64,000 nt of DNA from Solirubrobacterales bacterium (lineage in GTDB: Bacteria; Actinomycetota; Thermoleophilia; Solirubrobacterales; Solirubrobacteraceae): contig PKYB01000076.1 of the NCBI GenBank assembly GCA_003133565.1, positions 10,093 through 74,092 on the forward strand. The letters are read 5' to 3'. Below the pieces are notes generated by a model. That model was not told the DNA's origin. It worked only from the letters and a program-made list of their open reading frames with translations, and made no database searches. Of the stretch, positions 1-9,835 are shown in pieces. Position 1 is the first letter of the stretch. Every line of letters starts with the position of its first letter. The position numbers and the translations under genes are program-made.

Positions 1-659
1 CGACATAGCCAGGCCAAGGCCTGTAGGGCAACGACCTCGTGCAGGTAGCGCTCGCGGTCGCGGAGGATCGTGAAGCCCTGGCGAACCCGCTCCCAGAAAG
101 CCAGCACCCGGCGCGAGAGCACCGCGAACGCGACCAATGTGGCAATCACCAGGGCGGTAAGCAGGAACAGCGTCAGGCGAACGTTCGAGGCGAGAAAGGA
201 GAGATCAAACGCGCTGAGCTTGGCAAAGGCCGGCGGCTTGGGAAAGACGCCTTGTGAGAAGGCGAAGATCAGCACGAAGATTCCGATCACGACGTCGAAT
301 GGCGCCTCGGTGTAGACGGCCGCGGCGACCGTCGCATAGGTGGAGTCGGGGATCGAGCTCTTTGTCAGGAAGATCTTGACCACGTCGCCGCCGCGGGCCG
401 GGACGACGTTGTCCAATCCGACCGCGGCAAAGTAGGCGCCCCATATGCGCCGCCACTGGAAGCGCACGGCGGGATAGGCGGCGCGGAGGCTGTTGAAGAT
501 CGCACGGGAGCGCAGCGTCAGGTTCGCGGCGAAGAACAGCAAGCCCACGAGCAGCGAGCTCCAGTGGACCGCCGCGAGGTTGGAAAAGAACGACCCGACC
601 GCATCGAAAAAGTCGGTGATGGTCCGACCGAGCGAAGCCGATGCGAGAATGTCGAGCAC
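1..659 (-). CDS. Integral membrane protein, lysylphosphatidylglycerol-synthase TM-region / UPF0104 (flippase-like) family; C-terminal part lies outside the window
   Basis: Own minus-strand translation from GTG 659 (in-frame TAG 12 nt upstream): VLDILASASLGRTITDFFDAVGSFFSNLAAVHWSSLLVGLLFFAANL...VGLDNVVPARGGDVVKIFLTKSS... It has several hydrophobic spans and the P-x-RGG-D/E loop typical of the family. It is not in the ORF track because no stop codon falls inside the window. Confidence 0.5.
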   Translation of the reverse strand, partial: MLDILASASLGRTITDFFDAVGSFFSNLAAVHWSSLLVGLLFFAANLTLRSRAIFNSLRAAYPAVRFQWRRIWGAYFAAVGLDNVVPARGGDVVKIFLTKSSIPDSTYATVAAAVYTEAPFDVVIGIFVLIFAFSQGVFPKPPAFAKLSAFDLSFLASNVRLTLFLLTALVIATLVAFAVLSRRVLAFWERVRQGFTILRDRERYLHEVVALQALAWLC

Positions 660-740
660 GTCCGCCGCCTAGCCTACGCGGCGGATGGTCGAATGGAGCG
701 ACACCCCGCGGCGCGGCGGTGCCGCGCTGGGGTCTTGAGC

Positions 741-992
741 TCAGACGGAGAGCTCGGACTCGAACTCTTCGTCGTCGAGGTCGTCGTCGTCGTCGTCTTC
801 TTCGACCGCGAGCTCTTCATCGTCATCGTCAAACTCGCTGACGTCGTCGTCGCCGAAGAGGTCGTCATCGTCTTCCTCGAGCTCGCTGCGCAGCATCGGC
901 CCCGGGATCGCCCGGGCGTCGGCCGGCAGCTCGTCGGTCGCGAGGAGGCGCTCGAGCTCGTCGGCGAGCGGAGCGGCAGTATTCATCGACAT
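741..992 (-). CDS. Small hyper-acidic protein (83 aa), function unknown
   Basis: ORF MSMNTAAPLADELERLL...EEDDDDLFGDDDVSEFDDDDEELAVEEDDDDDDLDDEEFESELSV. AAGGAG lies 7 nt upstream of ATG 992, and third codon positions are GC-rich. Confidence 0.6.
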   Translation of the reverse strand: MSMNTAAPLADELERLLATDELPADARAIPGPMLRSELEEDDDDLFGDDDVSEFDDDDEELAVEEDDDDDDLDDEEFESELSV

Positions 993-1205
993 CGGTGGCT
1001 CCTTTTCGTTGGTGGCTCGATCCTGACGCGGCCGCGCGGGACGGGTTCTCGCCGCTCCGTGGCGACGGCCCCGTCAGGGGTCCTATACACGCTAATGGGC
1101 GCGGCGGGTGCGTGGCGAGCCGATGGCCGATGACGGACGCTGAGGGGGCTCTGGCGTCCAGGACGCGCCGGCGAACTCGGCGATACGTCCAAGGCACGAG
1201 ACGCC

Positions 1206-2249
1206 GTGTCGGTGACTGCCGATGTCGCTGATATGGACCTCGCGCTGCCCCGCCTGCGAGCACACGCCACCGCGATGTTGCTTGTCGCGAGTGCCGCGCT
1301 GACGATCGCCGCGGCGGTCGGGCCGCACGCTAACCATACGGCGCTGGTAGTCCGTCTCGCGACGTGCGGACTCGTGGGGCTCTGCGCGGTCGTGACCTGG
1401 CGCGCCGGCGAGCGTTTCGGCGATGTCACGCTTGGCGGCCTGGTTCTGCTCGTGACGATTCTCGTCACGCTCTCGGCGACCGTGAGCCGGGCAAGCGCAT
1501 CGAATGACGTGATGCTGTTCTTTCTCCCGGCGGTGTTCGCGGCCTGCTTCCTGCGCGCGCAACTCGCGCTGTGCACGCTCATCGTCTGCTGTGCTGCTTA
1601 CGGCTGGCTCGTCAGTCGCCAGCTGAGCACGGGTGCGAGCCTCCTGTGGTGGACGAGCGCAACGATCGTGTTCGGCAGCGCTGCCGCAACGGTGTCGGTG
1701 CTGCGCCACCAGTTGACGGGCGCGCTCACTGAGCTCGACGGCCTCGCACGCTGCGACCCGTTGACGGGCCTGCTGAACCGCCGTGGCTTTGACCAGCGCC
1801 TCGAACAGGAGCTCGAGCGCTGCGCGCGAACGAACGAGACCTGCGCGGTCCTGATGTGCGACCTCGACTGCTTCAAGTCGATCAACGACTTGCACGGACA
1901 CGCCGTTGGCGACGCGGTGCTCAAGCGTGTCGCGAGTGACCTGCTATCCGGCGTCCGCGCGTTCGACACCGTGGCTCGCATCGGCGGTGAGGAAATCGCG
2001 CTGCTGCTGGTCGGCTGCGACTGCGACAGCGCGATGACGGTCGCTGAGCGGCTGCGCCAGGAGGTCGGTCGCCTGCAGGAGACCGGGCCCGGAGTCGCGA
2101 TCTCGATCGGCGTCGCCGACAGTTCGCTGGCGAGCAGACCGAGCGAGCTGATGGCCTACGCCGACCGCGCGCTCTACGACGCCAAGCGAGCCGGCCGCGA
2201 TCGCGTCTGTAAGGCGAGCGCGCCGCCAGCGCTCGTGCTCGTCGCGTAG
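1206..2249 (+). CDS. Membrane-anchored diguanylate cyclase (GGDEF domain, GGEEI variant)
   Basis: The N-terminal half is hydrophobic, followed by DPLTGLLNRRGF...CDLDCFKSINDLHGHAVGD...RAFDTVARIGGEEIALLL. An RxxD I-site sits 5 residues before GGEE. Confidence 0.85.
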   Translation: MSVTADVADMDLALPRLRAHATAMLLVASAALTIAAAVGPHANHTALVVRLATCGLVGLCAVVTWRAGERFGDVTLGGLVLLVTILVTLSATVSRASASNDVMLFFLPAVFAACFLRAQLALCTLIVCCAAYGWLVSRQLSTGASLLWWTSATIVFGSAAATVSVLRHQLTGALTELDGLARCDPLTGLLNRRGFDQRLEQELERCARTNETCAVLMCDLDCFKSINDLHGHAVGDAVLKRVASDLLSGVRAFDTVARIGGEEIALLLVGCDCDSAMTVAERLRQEVGRLQETGPGVAISIGVADSSLASRPSELMAYADRALYDAKRAGRDRVCKASAPPALVLVA

Positions 2250-2277
2250 CTGGGGCGCTCCAGCTGGGGCGCGCGGT

Positions 2278-2754
2278 TCAGCTGGTTGCCGCGCCGAGGC
2301 TCCCGAGCGTCTCCAGCACGAGATCGTCGTGGGTCTCAGGCTTGATGTTGGGGAGAACGCGAGCGACCGTGCCGGCGGCGTCGATGATGAAGGTCGTGCG
2401 CGCGATGCCCCAATAGGTCCGGCCGTAGCGCGTTTTTTCGACCCAGACGCCGTAGCGCTCCGCGACCGCATGGTCGGCGTCGGCAAGCAGCGTGAAGTCG
2501 AGCTCGTACTTGTCGGCGAACTTCTGGATCGCCTTGACCGGGTCGGCTGAGACGCCGAGCACGACGACGCCGGCGGCGGCATAGTCGGCACGCCGATCGC
2601 GAACGCCGCAGGCCTGCTTGGTACAGCCAGGCGTGTCCGCCTTGGGATAAAAGTAGAGGACGACGGTCTTGCCACGCAGATCCGAGAGCGTCACGTCCTC
2701 GCCATGCTGGTCGGCGAGCGTGAAGTCCGGTGCCGCGGCGCCCTGCTCGATCAT
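2278..2754 (-). CDS. bcp: Thiol peroxidase / peroxiredoxin Bcp
   Basis: APDFTLADQHGEDVTLSDLRGKTVVLYFYPKADTPGCTKQAC, an AhpC/TSA-type peroxidatic Cys motif. Confidence 0.9.
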   Translation of the reverse strand: MIEQGAAAPDFTLADQHGEDVTLSDLRGKTVVLYFYPKADTPGCTKQACGVRDRRADYAAAGVVVLGVSADPVKAIQKFADKYELDFTLLADADHAVAERYGVWVEKTRYGRTYWGIARTTFIIDAAGTVARVLPNIKPETHDDLVLETLGSLGAATS

Positions 2755-2781
2755 GGGATGACCTCCGGGTTGGTGCGGACA

Positions 2782-3630
2782 CTATTTCAGCAGGCGCGAG
2801 AGGCGACGATCCTTGAGCATGCGCCCGCCGGTCTGGCAGCTTGGACAGTAGGTCATCACCTGCTCCTCGAAGTGCACGGAGCGCAGCTGCGTGGCACAGC
2901 GCGGACACGGCTCGCCGTCGTGTCGATGCACCGCCAGTGGCATCGGCAGCTTGTCGGGGATCGGCAGCTTCAACGTGGTCTCGTAGTGCGCGAGCGCGCC
3001 CCCGAGCGTCACGCTGATCGCATCTGCGAGCGTCGCAACCTCTTCGGCGGAAAGATCGAGGCCGCGTTTGAATGGCGACAGCTTCGCCGTCCAGAGGATC
3101 TCATCGACCCATGAGCGGCCGATGCCGGCGATCACACGCTGGTCGCGTAGCAACGCGTGCAGCGGCCGAGCCTCGGCCAGGCGCTGGGCGAGGTCGGCGG
3201 GTGGCGCGGGCCATGCCTCGGGCCCCAATCGGGCGGTCGCTTCGTCGCGCTCGATTGCGTCGGCGGGCAGCAGCTTCGCCCACGCCGCCTGCTTGGTACC
3301 GAACTCGCGCAGGCGCAGCTCGCGGCCATCGGCAAAGCGAATGAGCAGCCGCGAGGTGCGATCGCGCGGAGCGGCGTGGCGGTCGTAGAGCTGGAGGCGA
3401 CCGGCCGACATCAAATGGATCAGCAGTGCCATCTCGCCGTCGAAGGAAACGATGAACTGCTTTCCCCGGCGACCGATACTCGTCACCTTCTGCCCAGATA
3501 GCTCACCGAGTGGCGGCGCGAAGGTCTTCAGCGTGTTGATACCCGGCGCGAGCGCCGACTCGACGGTGGCGCCGCGCAGCGCCCCGTCCAGCAGCCGCGC
3601 GGTGATTTCGACCTCCGGCAGTTCGGGCAT
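2782..3630 (-). CDS. Fpg/Nei-family DNA glycosylase/AP lyase
   Basis: N-terminal MPELPEVE (catalytic Pro2/Glu3) and a C-terminal CPRC...CPSC zinc finger. Confidence 0.9.
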   Translation of the reverse strand: MPELPEVEITARLLDGALRGATVESALAPGINTLKTFAPPLGELSGQKVTSIGRRGKQFIVSFDGEMALLIHLMSAGRLQLYDRHAAPRDRTSRLLIRFADGRELRLREFGTKQAAWAKLLPADAIERDEATARLGPEAWPAPPADLAQRLAEARPLHALLRDQRVIAGIGRSWVDEILWTAKLSPFKRGLDLSAEEVATLADAISVTLGGALAHYETTLKLPIPDKLPMPLAVHRHDGEPCPRCATQLRSVHFEEQVMTYCPSCQTGGRMLKDRRLSRLLK

Positions 3631-3676
3631 CGCTGCTCAAGCGTACGCCGCGCCGGTGTCCTGTCGCAGCGACTCG

Positions 3677-5194
3677 CTACTGCAGCTTGCCCGAGGTGCT
3701 GTAGGCCGCGATCGTCGCGCCGTCGTAGACGGTGCCGGTCGGTGCGGTCCACTGCGCGCGCCAGACGCGTCCGGCGACGTAGTTTCCACCGGCCGACCAG
3801 TAGCCCCGGGATCCGAGCTTGACGGTCAGCAAGGTCTTCCATTTACGCCCTCCGTCGGCGGAGTACTCGAGTACGACAGAGGACGAGGAAACGGTGGCGC
3901 TGGCGCCGGTGTTCCCCGACGCGGCGGTGCTCCCGCTCGTCCCGCTCGTCCCGGTGGTCGTGGTCGTGCCCGTGGTTGCGGCGCTGGTCGAGGAATCCCC
4001 GGCGGGCCGCACGAGCCCCCAGAAGGCAACCTTGGCGCCGTAGCGCGTCACGGTGAGCGGCAGACGCCAGCCGTTGAACTCAGGCTTCTTCTTGCCGTTC
4101 TTATATTCGAGCCCGGATTGGAAGCCGTAGGCGGAGTCGTCGCTCAGCAGGTATTGATCGAAGGAGACGACTCGAGGGTTCTCCCAGGCGAGGTGCTCGG
4201 CGATTGCGTCGTATTCGGCCTGCAGCGTGACCGAGACGCCGAGCAGCGGATTGGGCTTGCTTTGAATGCCGAACTCGGTGACGTAGATCGGCATGTTGGC
4301 CGCGATCGCACCGGCTGCGGCCGCACGGTTGAGCGCCGTACTGAGCCGCCCAAGGGTTGAGATCGTCACGTCATCGGGGTTCGGCGGGACCCAGTACACA
4401 CCCGTCTTGCCGGTGGGCACGGTGTAGGGGTGCTGGGCATAGCCGGCGGCCGGCAGCTTGCCGCAGCTCTTCGCCTTGACGTAGTGCGAGTTGAGGCAGA
4501 GCACCGCGCGCATAAACGCCAGCGGCGCCGGAATCCCCTCGACGCTGGAACCGACGGGCGAGGTCTCGCCCATCAGCACCTTCATCCCGTTGAAGTTGCC
4601 CGATGCCTTCAGGCCCGCATAGCCGTCGAGGAAGAGCTTGCGGTAGATCGCCGCCGAGGCTATCTGTCCTTTGCTGTACTGGGGCTCGAGGAACTGCGGC
4701 TGGTTGGGCTCGTTCCAAACCGAGTAGAGCTTTACGTAGGTACCGAACTCGCGGCCGACGGCCTCCAAGAACTGGCCATAGTCGGCTTCGTTGGGGTCGG
4801 TCACGCGCTTCTTGGCGCAGCTTGAAGCCCAGCAGGGCACCGGACCGGTCACGGTGAGCAGCACCTGCCAGTGCAGCGACTGCATCTCTGACATCAGCAC
4901 CGCGTACTGCCCCCAGTTGTAGTTGGCGGGGTTCGTCAGGTTGAGCTTCGGTTTGTGGCGCGAGTTCGGATCCGGCGCGACGTCGTTCCAGTCGAGCAGA
5001 ATCCGCACCGCGTGCACACCGAGCGACTGCATCTGGGAAATCGCAGCGGGACGTTCTGTCGCCGAGAGCAGCTGCGTCGGCGCTTCGAAAAACACGGTCT
5101 CGTTGTAGGAGGCGAGGGCCGCCGGCGCGAACGCCAGAATGGCGCTGATCGCGCCAAGACAACAGGCCAGGGCTGTGCGCTTGCGTAAGGGCAT
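3677..5194 (-). CDS. Secreted glycoside hydrolase, clan GH-A TIM-barrel type, with Thr/Ser/Gly linker and C-terminal beta-rich domain
   Basis: Signal peptide MPLRKRTALACCLGAISAILAFAPAALA; YSVWNEPN (acid/base) and IYVTEFG (nucleophile) motifs; linker TTGTTTTTGTSGTSGSTAASGNTGAS. Confidence 0.7.
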   Translation of the reverse strand: MPLRKRTALACCLGAISAILAFAPAALASYNETVFFEAPTQLLSATERPAAISQMQSLGVHAVRILLDWNDVAPDPNSRHKPKLNLTNPANYNWGQYAVLMSEMQSLHWQVLLTVTGPVPCWASSCAKKRVTDPNEADYGQFLEAVGREFGTYVKLYSVWNEPNQPQFLEPQYSKGQIASAAIYRKLFLDGYAGLKASGNFNGMKVLMGETSPVGSSVEGIPAPLAFMRAVLCLNSHYVKAKSCGKLPAAGYAQHPYTVPTGKTGVYWVPPNPDDVTISTLGRLSTALNRAAAAGAIAANMPIYVTEFGIQSKPNPLLGVSVTLQAEYDAIAEHLAWENPRVVSFDQYLLSDDSAYGFQSGLEYKNGKKKPEFNGWRLPLTVTRYGAKVAFWGLVRPAGDSSTSAATTGTTTTTGTSGTSGSTAASGNTGASATVSSSSVVLEYSADGGRKWKTLLTVKLGSRGYWSAGGNYVAGRVWRAQWTAPTGTVYDGATIAAYSTSGKLQ

Positions 5195-5354
5195 GGCTGA
5201 GCTTAGCGGCGCAGATTAGCTGCGCGCGCCACCCGACTAGAACGCCTGCGAGCAGCAAAGGTTGCGCCCCCACGCGATCTGATGCCCCAGGCGGCGCGCC
5301 CGTAAACCGCCTGGCGTCGCTGTCCCAGCCAGTCCGCACGCTAGGGTTTGGCGC

Positions 5355-6128
5355 GTGGCACAACGGGAGCAGCAGGTCATCGGCGGCTCCCTTGAGAGTG
5401 AGGTCGCGGCGCTACAGGAGGCGCTCGACCGCCACCGTGTTGAGGATGCCGCCAAGGAGCGCCAGCTCGATCGCTACGCCGCCGAGCTGCGCGCAACGTC
5501 CAGGCGTGAGCGTCACCGCGCGCGGGAGCTCGACGACTCCTACATGGCCACCGTGCGTGCTCTCTCAAACGCCGTCGAGGCGCGCGACGCCTACACCGCG
5601 CATCACGCCGAGCGCGTCGCCGCCTTTGGCGTAGAGATCGCCGCCGTGAGCGGGCTCCCGCTCTCGAGCCAACCCGAGATCGAGTTTGGCTTCCTCCTGC
5701 ACGACGTCGGCAAGGTCGCGGTCCCCGACGCCATCCTCTTCAAGCCCGGCAGGCTCGACGCCACAGAGCTCGAGATCATGCGACGCCACCCGGTCATCGG
5801 CGAGGAGATCATCGCCGGGATCGCCTTCCTCGGCCCGGCCACGGAGGTCGTCCGCCACCACCACGAGCGCTGGGATGGCAGCGGATACCCGGATGGACTC
5901 GCGGGCGAGGAGATCCCGCTCGCCGCGCGCGTGTTCGCGCTCGCCGATGCGCTCGATGCACTGACGAGTGACCGCCCCTACCGCGACGCGGTCACGATCG
6001 CGCAGGCGCGCCGGATCCTCCACCAAAGCCCCGGGCACTTCGATCCGGCTGTGCTTGATGCCTTCGAGCAGATCTCCGACGCGCGGCTCGAAGAGATCCG
6101 ACGCCAGAGCGCGGACGAGGCTATCTAG
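5355..6128 (+). CDS. HD-GYP domain protein (c-di-GMP phosphodiesterase family)
   Basis: HHAERVAAFG, LLHDVGKVAVPD, HHERWDGSGYPDGL. Confidence 0.85.
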   Translation: MAQREQQVIGGSLESEVAALQEALDRHRVEDAAKERQLDRYAAELRATSRRERHRARELDDSYMATVRALSNAVEARDAYTAHHAERVAAFGVEIAAVSGLPLSSQPEIEFGFLLHDVGKVAVPDAILFKPGRLDATELEIMRRHPVIGEEIIAGIAFLGPATEVVRHHHERWDGSGYPDGLAGEEIPLAARVFALADALDALTSDRPYRDAVTIAQARRILHQSPGHFDPAVLDAFEQISDARLEEIRRQSADEAI

Positions 6129-7744
6129 TCGCCGGACGCGCGTCGCCTGGCGGCCCGCAGCAACCGCTTCGCCGCAGGCTCGGGGTGCTCGGGTGTGGTT
6201 GAAGCCCTGCGGCCGTAGAGCAGCTTCAGCCAGCGCCCGATCAGCTTGGTCATCCACGCCGAGTAGGCATACATCTGCGGCTCGCGGCGGGGCATCCAAC
6301 GGGGCGTGATCAGAATCGTCTGCTGGCTCGCGAACTTGCGGATGCCGTCGGGCCCGTGCCGCACGCCGAGGCCTGACTGCTTGACGCCGCCCATCGGCGC
6401 TTCGAGTGCGAAGTAGTTGATCGCGGCGTCGTTGACGCAAACCGCGCCGACTGCCAGACGGCGCGCGACGCGCTCCCCCTCCGCGGCGTCGCGCGCAAAC
6501 ACCGCGGCGCCGAGGCCATAGCGCGAATCGTTGAGCAGCGCTACCGCGGCGTCCTCGTCGGCAACGCGCATGACCGCCAGCGTCGGGCCAAATGTCTCCT
6601 CGTTCATGCAGGCCATCGTGTGGTCGGTGTCGACGAGCAACGTCGGCTCGAAGAAGCGGCCTGACCGCTCGCCGCGGCGGTCACCGGCGAGCAGCCGCGC
6701 GCCCTTGGCAAGCGCATCGGCGACGTGGGCCTCGATCGTGTCGAGCTGACGCTCATCGGTGATCGCCCCCACATCAACCGATCCCGGGCCATGTGGCGCG
6801 CCGTAGCGCAGCGCCGCAACCTTCTCCGCGAGCTTGGCAGTGAACTCGCTATAGATCGTCGATTCGGCGTAGACGCGCTCGAGCGAGACGCAGGCCGCGC
6901 CGCTGTTCATCATCGCGTAGAACACCGCAACGTTGGCAGCCCGTTCGAGGTCCGCGCCGTCGAGCACGATCAGCGCATCCTTGCCGCCGAGCTCAAGCGA
7001 GACAGGGGTCAGGGTCTGCGCCGCGCGGAGCGCGACAGCGCGTCCGGTGGCGATCGAGCCGGTGAACATGACGAAGTCGACGAGGTCGACGAGCGCCGCG
7101 CCGGTCTCGCCACCGCCGGGCGCGACCTGGAAGACAGCGTCGGGAATGCCGCACTCGGCCCCCGCCTCGGCCATCAGCAAGGAGGTCAGCGGTGTGAGCT
7201 CGGACGGCTTGAGAATCACGCTATTGCCGGCCATCAGCGCCGGGATGCAGTCACCGAAGGAGTTGACTAGCGGGTAGTTCCACGGCCCGATTACGCCGAC
7301 CAGGCCGCGCGGCACGTAGCGCGTTACGAGGCGTCTGCCGGCGAGGAGCGGCGTGTGCGCAAAAAAGCGCTGTTCTTGGAGGTAGCGCGGCGCGTTACGC
7401 GTCCAGAACGACAAGGCGGCAAGGCCGTAGCCCAAGTCGTACAGCTGCGCGTCCTCGTAGGGCTTGCCGGTCTCGCTGATCACCGTCTCGATGACGCGCT
7501 CGGAATTCTCTGAGAGCCAGCGACGCAGCGCTCCGAGGATCACCGCACGTCCGCCCACGCCGAGCTCGGACCACGCCGGCTGCGCCGCGCGCCCGCGCTG
7601 CGCCAGCAGCTCGAGCCCAGCATCGTCAACGCATGCCACGCTCGCCACATACGCACCCGTCGCCGGGTTGCGCACTTCAATCGAGCTGCCGCCGACCGCC
7701 TTGCCGTTCGGAGCGATCAAGGCCTGCTTCTCGGCACCTTCCAC
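6125..7744 (-). CDS. NAD(P)-dependent aldehyde dehydrogenase (succinate-semialdehyde dehydrogenase-like)
   Basis: ALDH motifs FTGSIATGR, LELGGKDA, EETFGP; 539 aa. Confidence 0.9.
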   Translation of the reverse strand: MEGAEKQALIAPNGKAVGGSSIEVRNPATGAYVASVACVDDAGLELLAQRGRAAQPAWSELGVGGRAVILGALRRWLSENSERVIETVISETGKPYEDAQLYDLGYGLAALSFWTRNAPRYLQEQRFFAHTPLLAGRRLVTRYVPRGLVGVIGPWNYPLVNSFGDCIPALMAGNSVILKPSELTPLTSLLMAEAGAECGIPDAVFQVAPGGGETGAALVDLVDFVMFTGSIATGRAVALRAAQTLTPVSLELGGKDALIVLDGADLERAANVAVFYAMMNSGAACVSLERVYAESTIYSEFTAKLAEKVAALRYGAPHGPGSVDVGAITDERQLDTIEAHVADALAKGARLLAGDRRGERSGRFFEPTLLVDTDHTMACMNEETFGPTLAVMRVADEDAAVALLNDSRYGLGAAVFARDAAEGERVARRLAVGAVCVNDAAINYFALEAPMGGVKQSGLGVRHGPDGIRKFASQQTILITPRWMPRREPQMYAYSAWMTKLIGRWLKLLYGRRASTTPEHPEPAAKRLLRAARRRASGD

Positions 7745-7782
7745 CGCGCCTCCTGTGCTCGCGAGAACGGACCACGCGGAGT

Positions 7783-8241
7783 CTACGCCGCGATGCTCAC
7801 GCTCTCGATCAGCACCGGATTCGTCGGGCGGTCACCGCCGTCGGTCTCGACCGCCTCGATCGCGTCGACGACGTCCATACCGTCGCTCACGCGCCCGAAC
7901 ACGGTGTGCTTGCCATCGAGCCACGCGCATTCGTTGGCCGTGACGATGAAAAACTGTGAGCCGTTCGTGTTCGGTCCGGCGTTGGCCATCGCGAGCACGC
8001 CGCGGACGATCCGGTGCGAGTTGAACTCGTCATCGAAGGTGTAGCCGGGGCCGCCGGTTCCGGTTCCCTGCGGGCACCCCGCCTGGAGCATGAAGCCGCG
8101 GATCACGCGGTGGAAAATCAGGCCGTCGTAGAAACCCTTGCCGGCGAGCGTGGTGAAGTTCTCAACCGTTTTCGGCGCGTCGTCATCGAACAGCTCGAGC
8201 ACGATCGGCCCTTCGGAGGTGGTGATGGTGGCGAGAGACAT
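7783..8241 (-). CDS. Peptidyl-prolyl cis-trans isomerase, cyclophilin type
   Basis: FHRVIRGFMLQAGCPQGTGTGGPGYTFDDEF, GSQFFIVT. Start moved from track 8277 to ATG 8241, which has GGAG about 8 nt upstream. Confidence 0.9.
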   Translation of the reverse strand: MSLATITTSEGPIVLELFDDDAPKTVENFTTLAGKGFYDGLIFHRVIRGFMLQAGCPQGTGTGGPGYTFDDEFNSHRIVRGVLAMANAGPNTNGSQFFIVTANECAWLDGKHTVFGRVSDGMDVVDAIEAVETDGGDRPTNPVLIESVSIAA

Positions 8242-8288
8242 CGCGGCAGCTCCTCTACTCGGGGGCGAACCGGCCACGATAGCGAGGC

Positions 8289-9710
8289 TCAGTCGGCGGC
8301 GCGCTCAAGCGCGAGACGGTGGCCGCAGACCTCGACCCCATCAGCGCTCGCGATGACGCGGTCGGCCTCCGGGGCCGGCACGCTGAGCAACGCGAAACGC
8401 TCGAGTACCGTCACGTCGCTAACCGCCTCGCCGTCGAGCCCGGTGGCCCGGGTGACCGCGGCGACGAGATCGGCGACCGCGATGCCGGCCGCACGGCCAC
8501 CACTGGCGATCAACCGCGCGCGTGGTTCGTCGGCGGCGCGACTGACGTGCGGTTTGGCGTGGCGACGTGGCCGCGTCGTGACGGTCGCCGGCGTGGTGCT
8601 CGCGCCCGGCTTCCACGGCGCAATCGACGTTCCGATGTGGCGCTCGATCGCCTCCATCTCGCGCTTCTGGCGATCCTCGACAAAGGTGATCGCGCGTCCG
8701 GAGCGGCCGACCCGGCCGGTTCGGCCGATGCGATGGACGTAGGTGTCTGGAGCTGTCGGCACGTCGAAGTTGACGACGTGGGTCACGGTCGAGATATCAA
8801 GGCCGCGGGCCGCGACGTCAGTCGCGACGAGCACCGGTACACGTCCACCCTTGAAGGCCAGCATCACGCCGTCGCGCTGCCCTTGGCTGAGGTCGCCATG
8901 GAGGGCGCGAACGTTCATACCCTGATCGCGCAGGGTGCGAAACAGCTGATCGCAGCGGATCTTGGTGCGAACGAAAACGATCGCCTGGTCGGGCTTTTCT
9001 GCGCGGAGCACCTCGACCAGCTTCGCCGCCTTCTCGCGCGTCTCGACGGGGAGCTGGAACTGCTCGACGGTGTCGATCGTCAGCGTCGCAGCCTCGACCG
9101 CGATCACCAGTGGGTCATACAGATAGCGATCGGCGAGCGCCCGAATCGGCGGCGGCATGGTCGCCGAGAAAAGCGCGGTCTGGCGTCCCGAGGGCGTCGC
9201 CGCGAGGATCTTCTCGACGTCCTCGAGAAACCCGAGATCGAGCATCTCGTCCGCTTCGTCGAGGACGACAAAGCGGCAGTCGTGGAGCACCAGCGACCCC
9301 CGCGAGACGAGATCGAGGACGCGCCCGACCGTGCCGACGACGATGTGCCCGCCGCCGCGCAGCTGCGCCTCCTGGTTTCGAATCGGCGCGCCGCCGAACA
9401 CCGCGACCACGTCGACGCCGTGGGTTGCACCGTAGGCGCGGATCGCTTGCGTCACCTGGATGCACAGCTCGCGCGTCGGCGTGAGTACGAGCGCCTGCAC
9501 CTCCTCGAGCGCCGGATCGACGTACTCAACGATCGGCAGTCCAAACGCAGCCGTCTTGCCGGTGCCAGTCTGAGCCTGCCCGATCACGTCCCGACCGGCG
9601 AGCAGCGGCGGGATCGCCTGTGCCTGGATCGCTGTCGGTGACTCGTAGCCGACACGGCGAAGAGCAGCCAGTGCGGACTCCGACAGACCTAGCGCTTCGA
9701 ATCCAGTCAT
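8289..9710 (-). CDS. DEAD-box ATP-dependent RNA helicase with C-terminal DbpA-like extension
   Basis: AQTGTGKT, VLDEADEML, SAT, HRIGRTGRVGRSG. Confidence 0.9.
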   Translation of the reverse strand: MTGFEALGLSESALAALRRVGYESPTAIQAQAIPPLLAGRDVIGQAQTGTGKTAAFGLPIVEYVDPALEEVQALVLTPTRELCIQVTQAIRAYGATHGVDVVAVFGGAPIRNQEAQLRGGGHIVVGTVGRVLDLVSRGSLVLHDCRFVVLDEADEMLDLGFLEDVEKILAATPSGRQTALFSATMPPPIRALADRYLYDPLVIAVEAATLTIDTVEQFQLPVETREKAAKLVEVLRAEKPDQAIVFVRTKIRCDQLFRTLRDQGMNVRALHGDLSQGQRDGVMLAFKGGRVPVLVATDVAARGLDISTVTHVVNFDVPTAPDTYVHRIGRTGRVGRSGRAITFVEDRQKREMEAIERHIGTSIAPWKPGASTTPATVTTRPRRHAKPHVSRAADEPRARLIASGGRAAGIAVADLVAAVTRATGLDGEAVSDVTVLERFALLSVPAPEADRVIASADGVEVCGHRLALERAAD

Positions 9711-9835
9711 CCACCCAGCTTATTGGGCGCACCAACTCGGCCATCGCGACCGCCGCCGCCGGTCGGCCAACAACCGCTCGCGCGCGAGGTCGAGCGTGGA
9801 CCACACGGCCCCAGTCGTTAGCCTTCGCAGGCCCG

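Noticed and set aside
8319-9641. A 440-aa plus-strand ORF antisense to the DEAD-box helicase. Similar long antisense or shadow ORFs occur at 3452-4360, 16697-17503, 24481-25602, 28621-30726, 33183-34496, 37922-39121, 55968-56939, 58986-60323, 60292-61281 and 61507-62439.
   Set aside because: Each one mirrors a gene with unambiguous family motifs on the other strand. Their translations are Arg/Gly/Ala/Asp-rich with no motifs, which is typical of stop-poor alternative frames in very GC-rich DNA.
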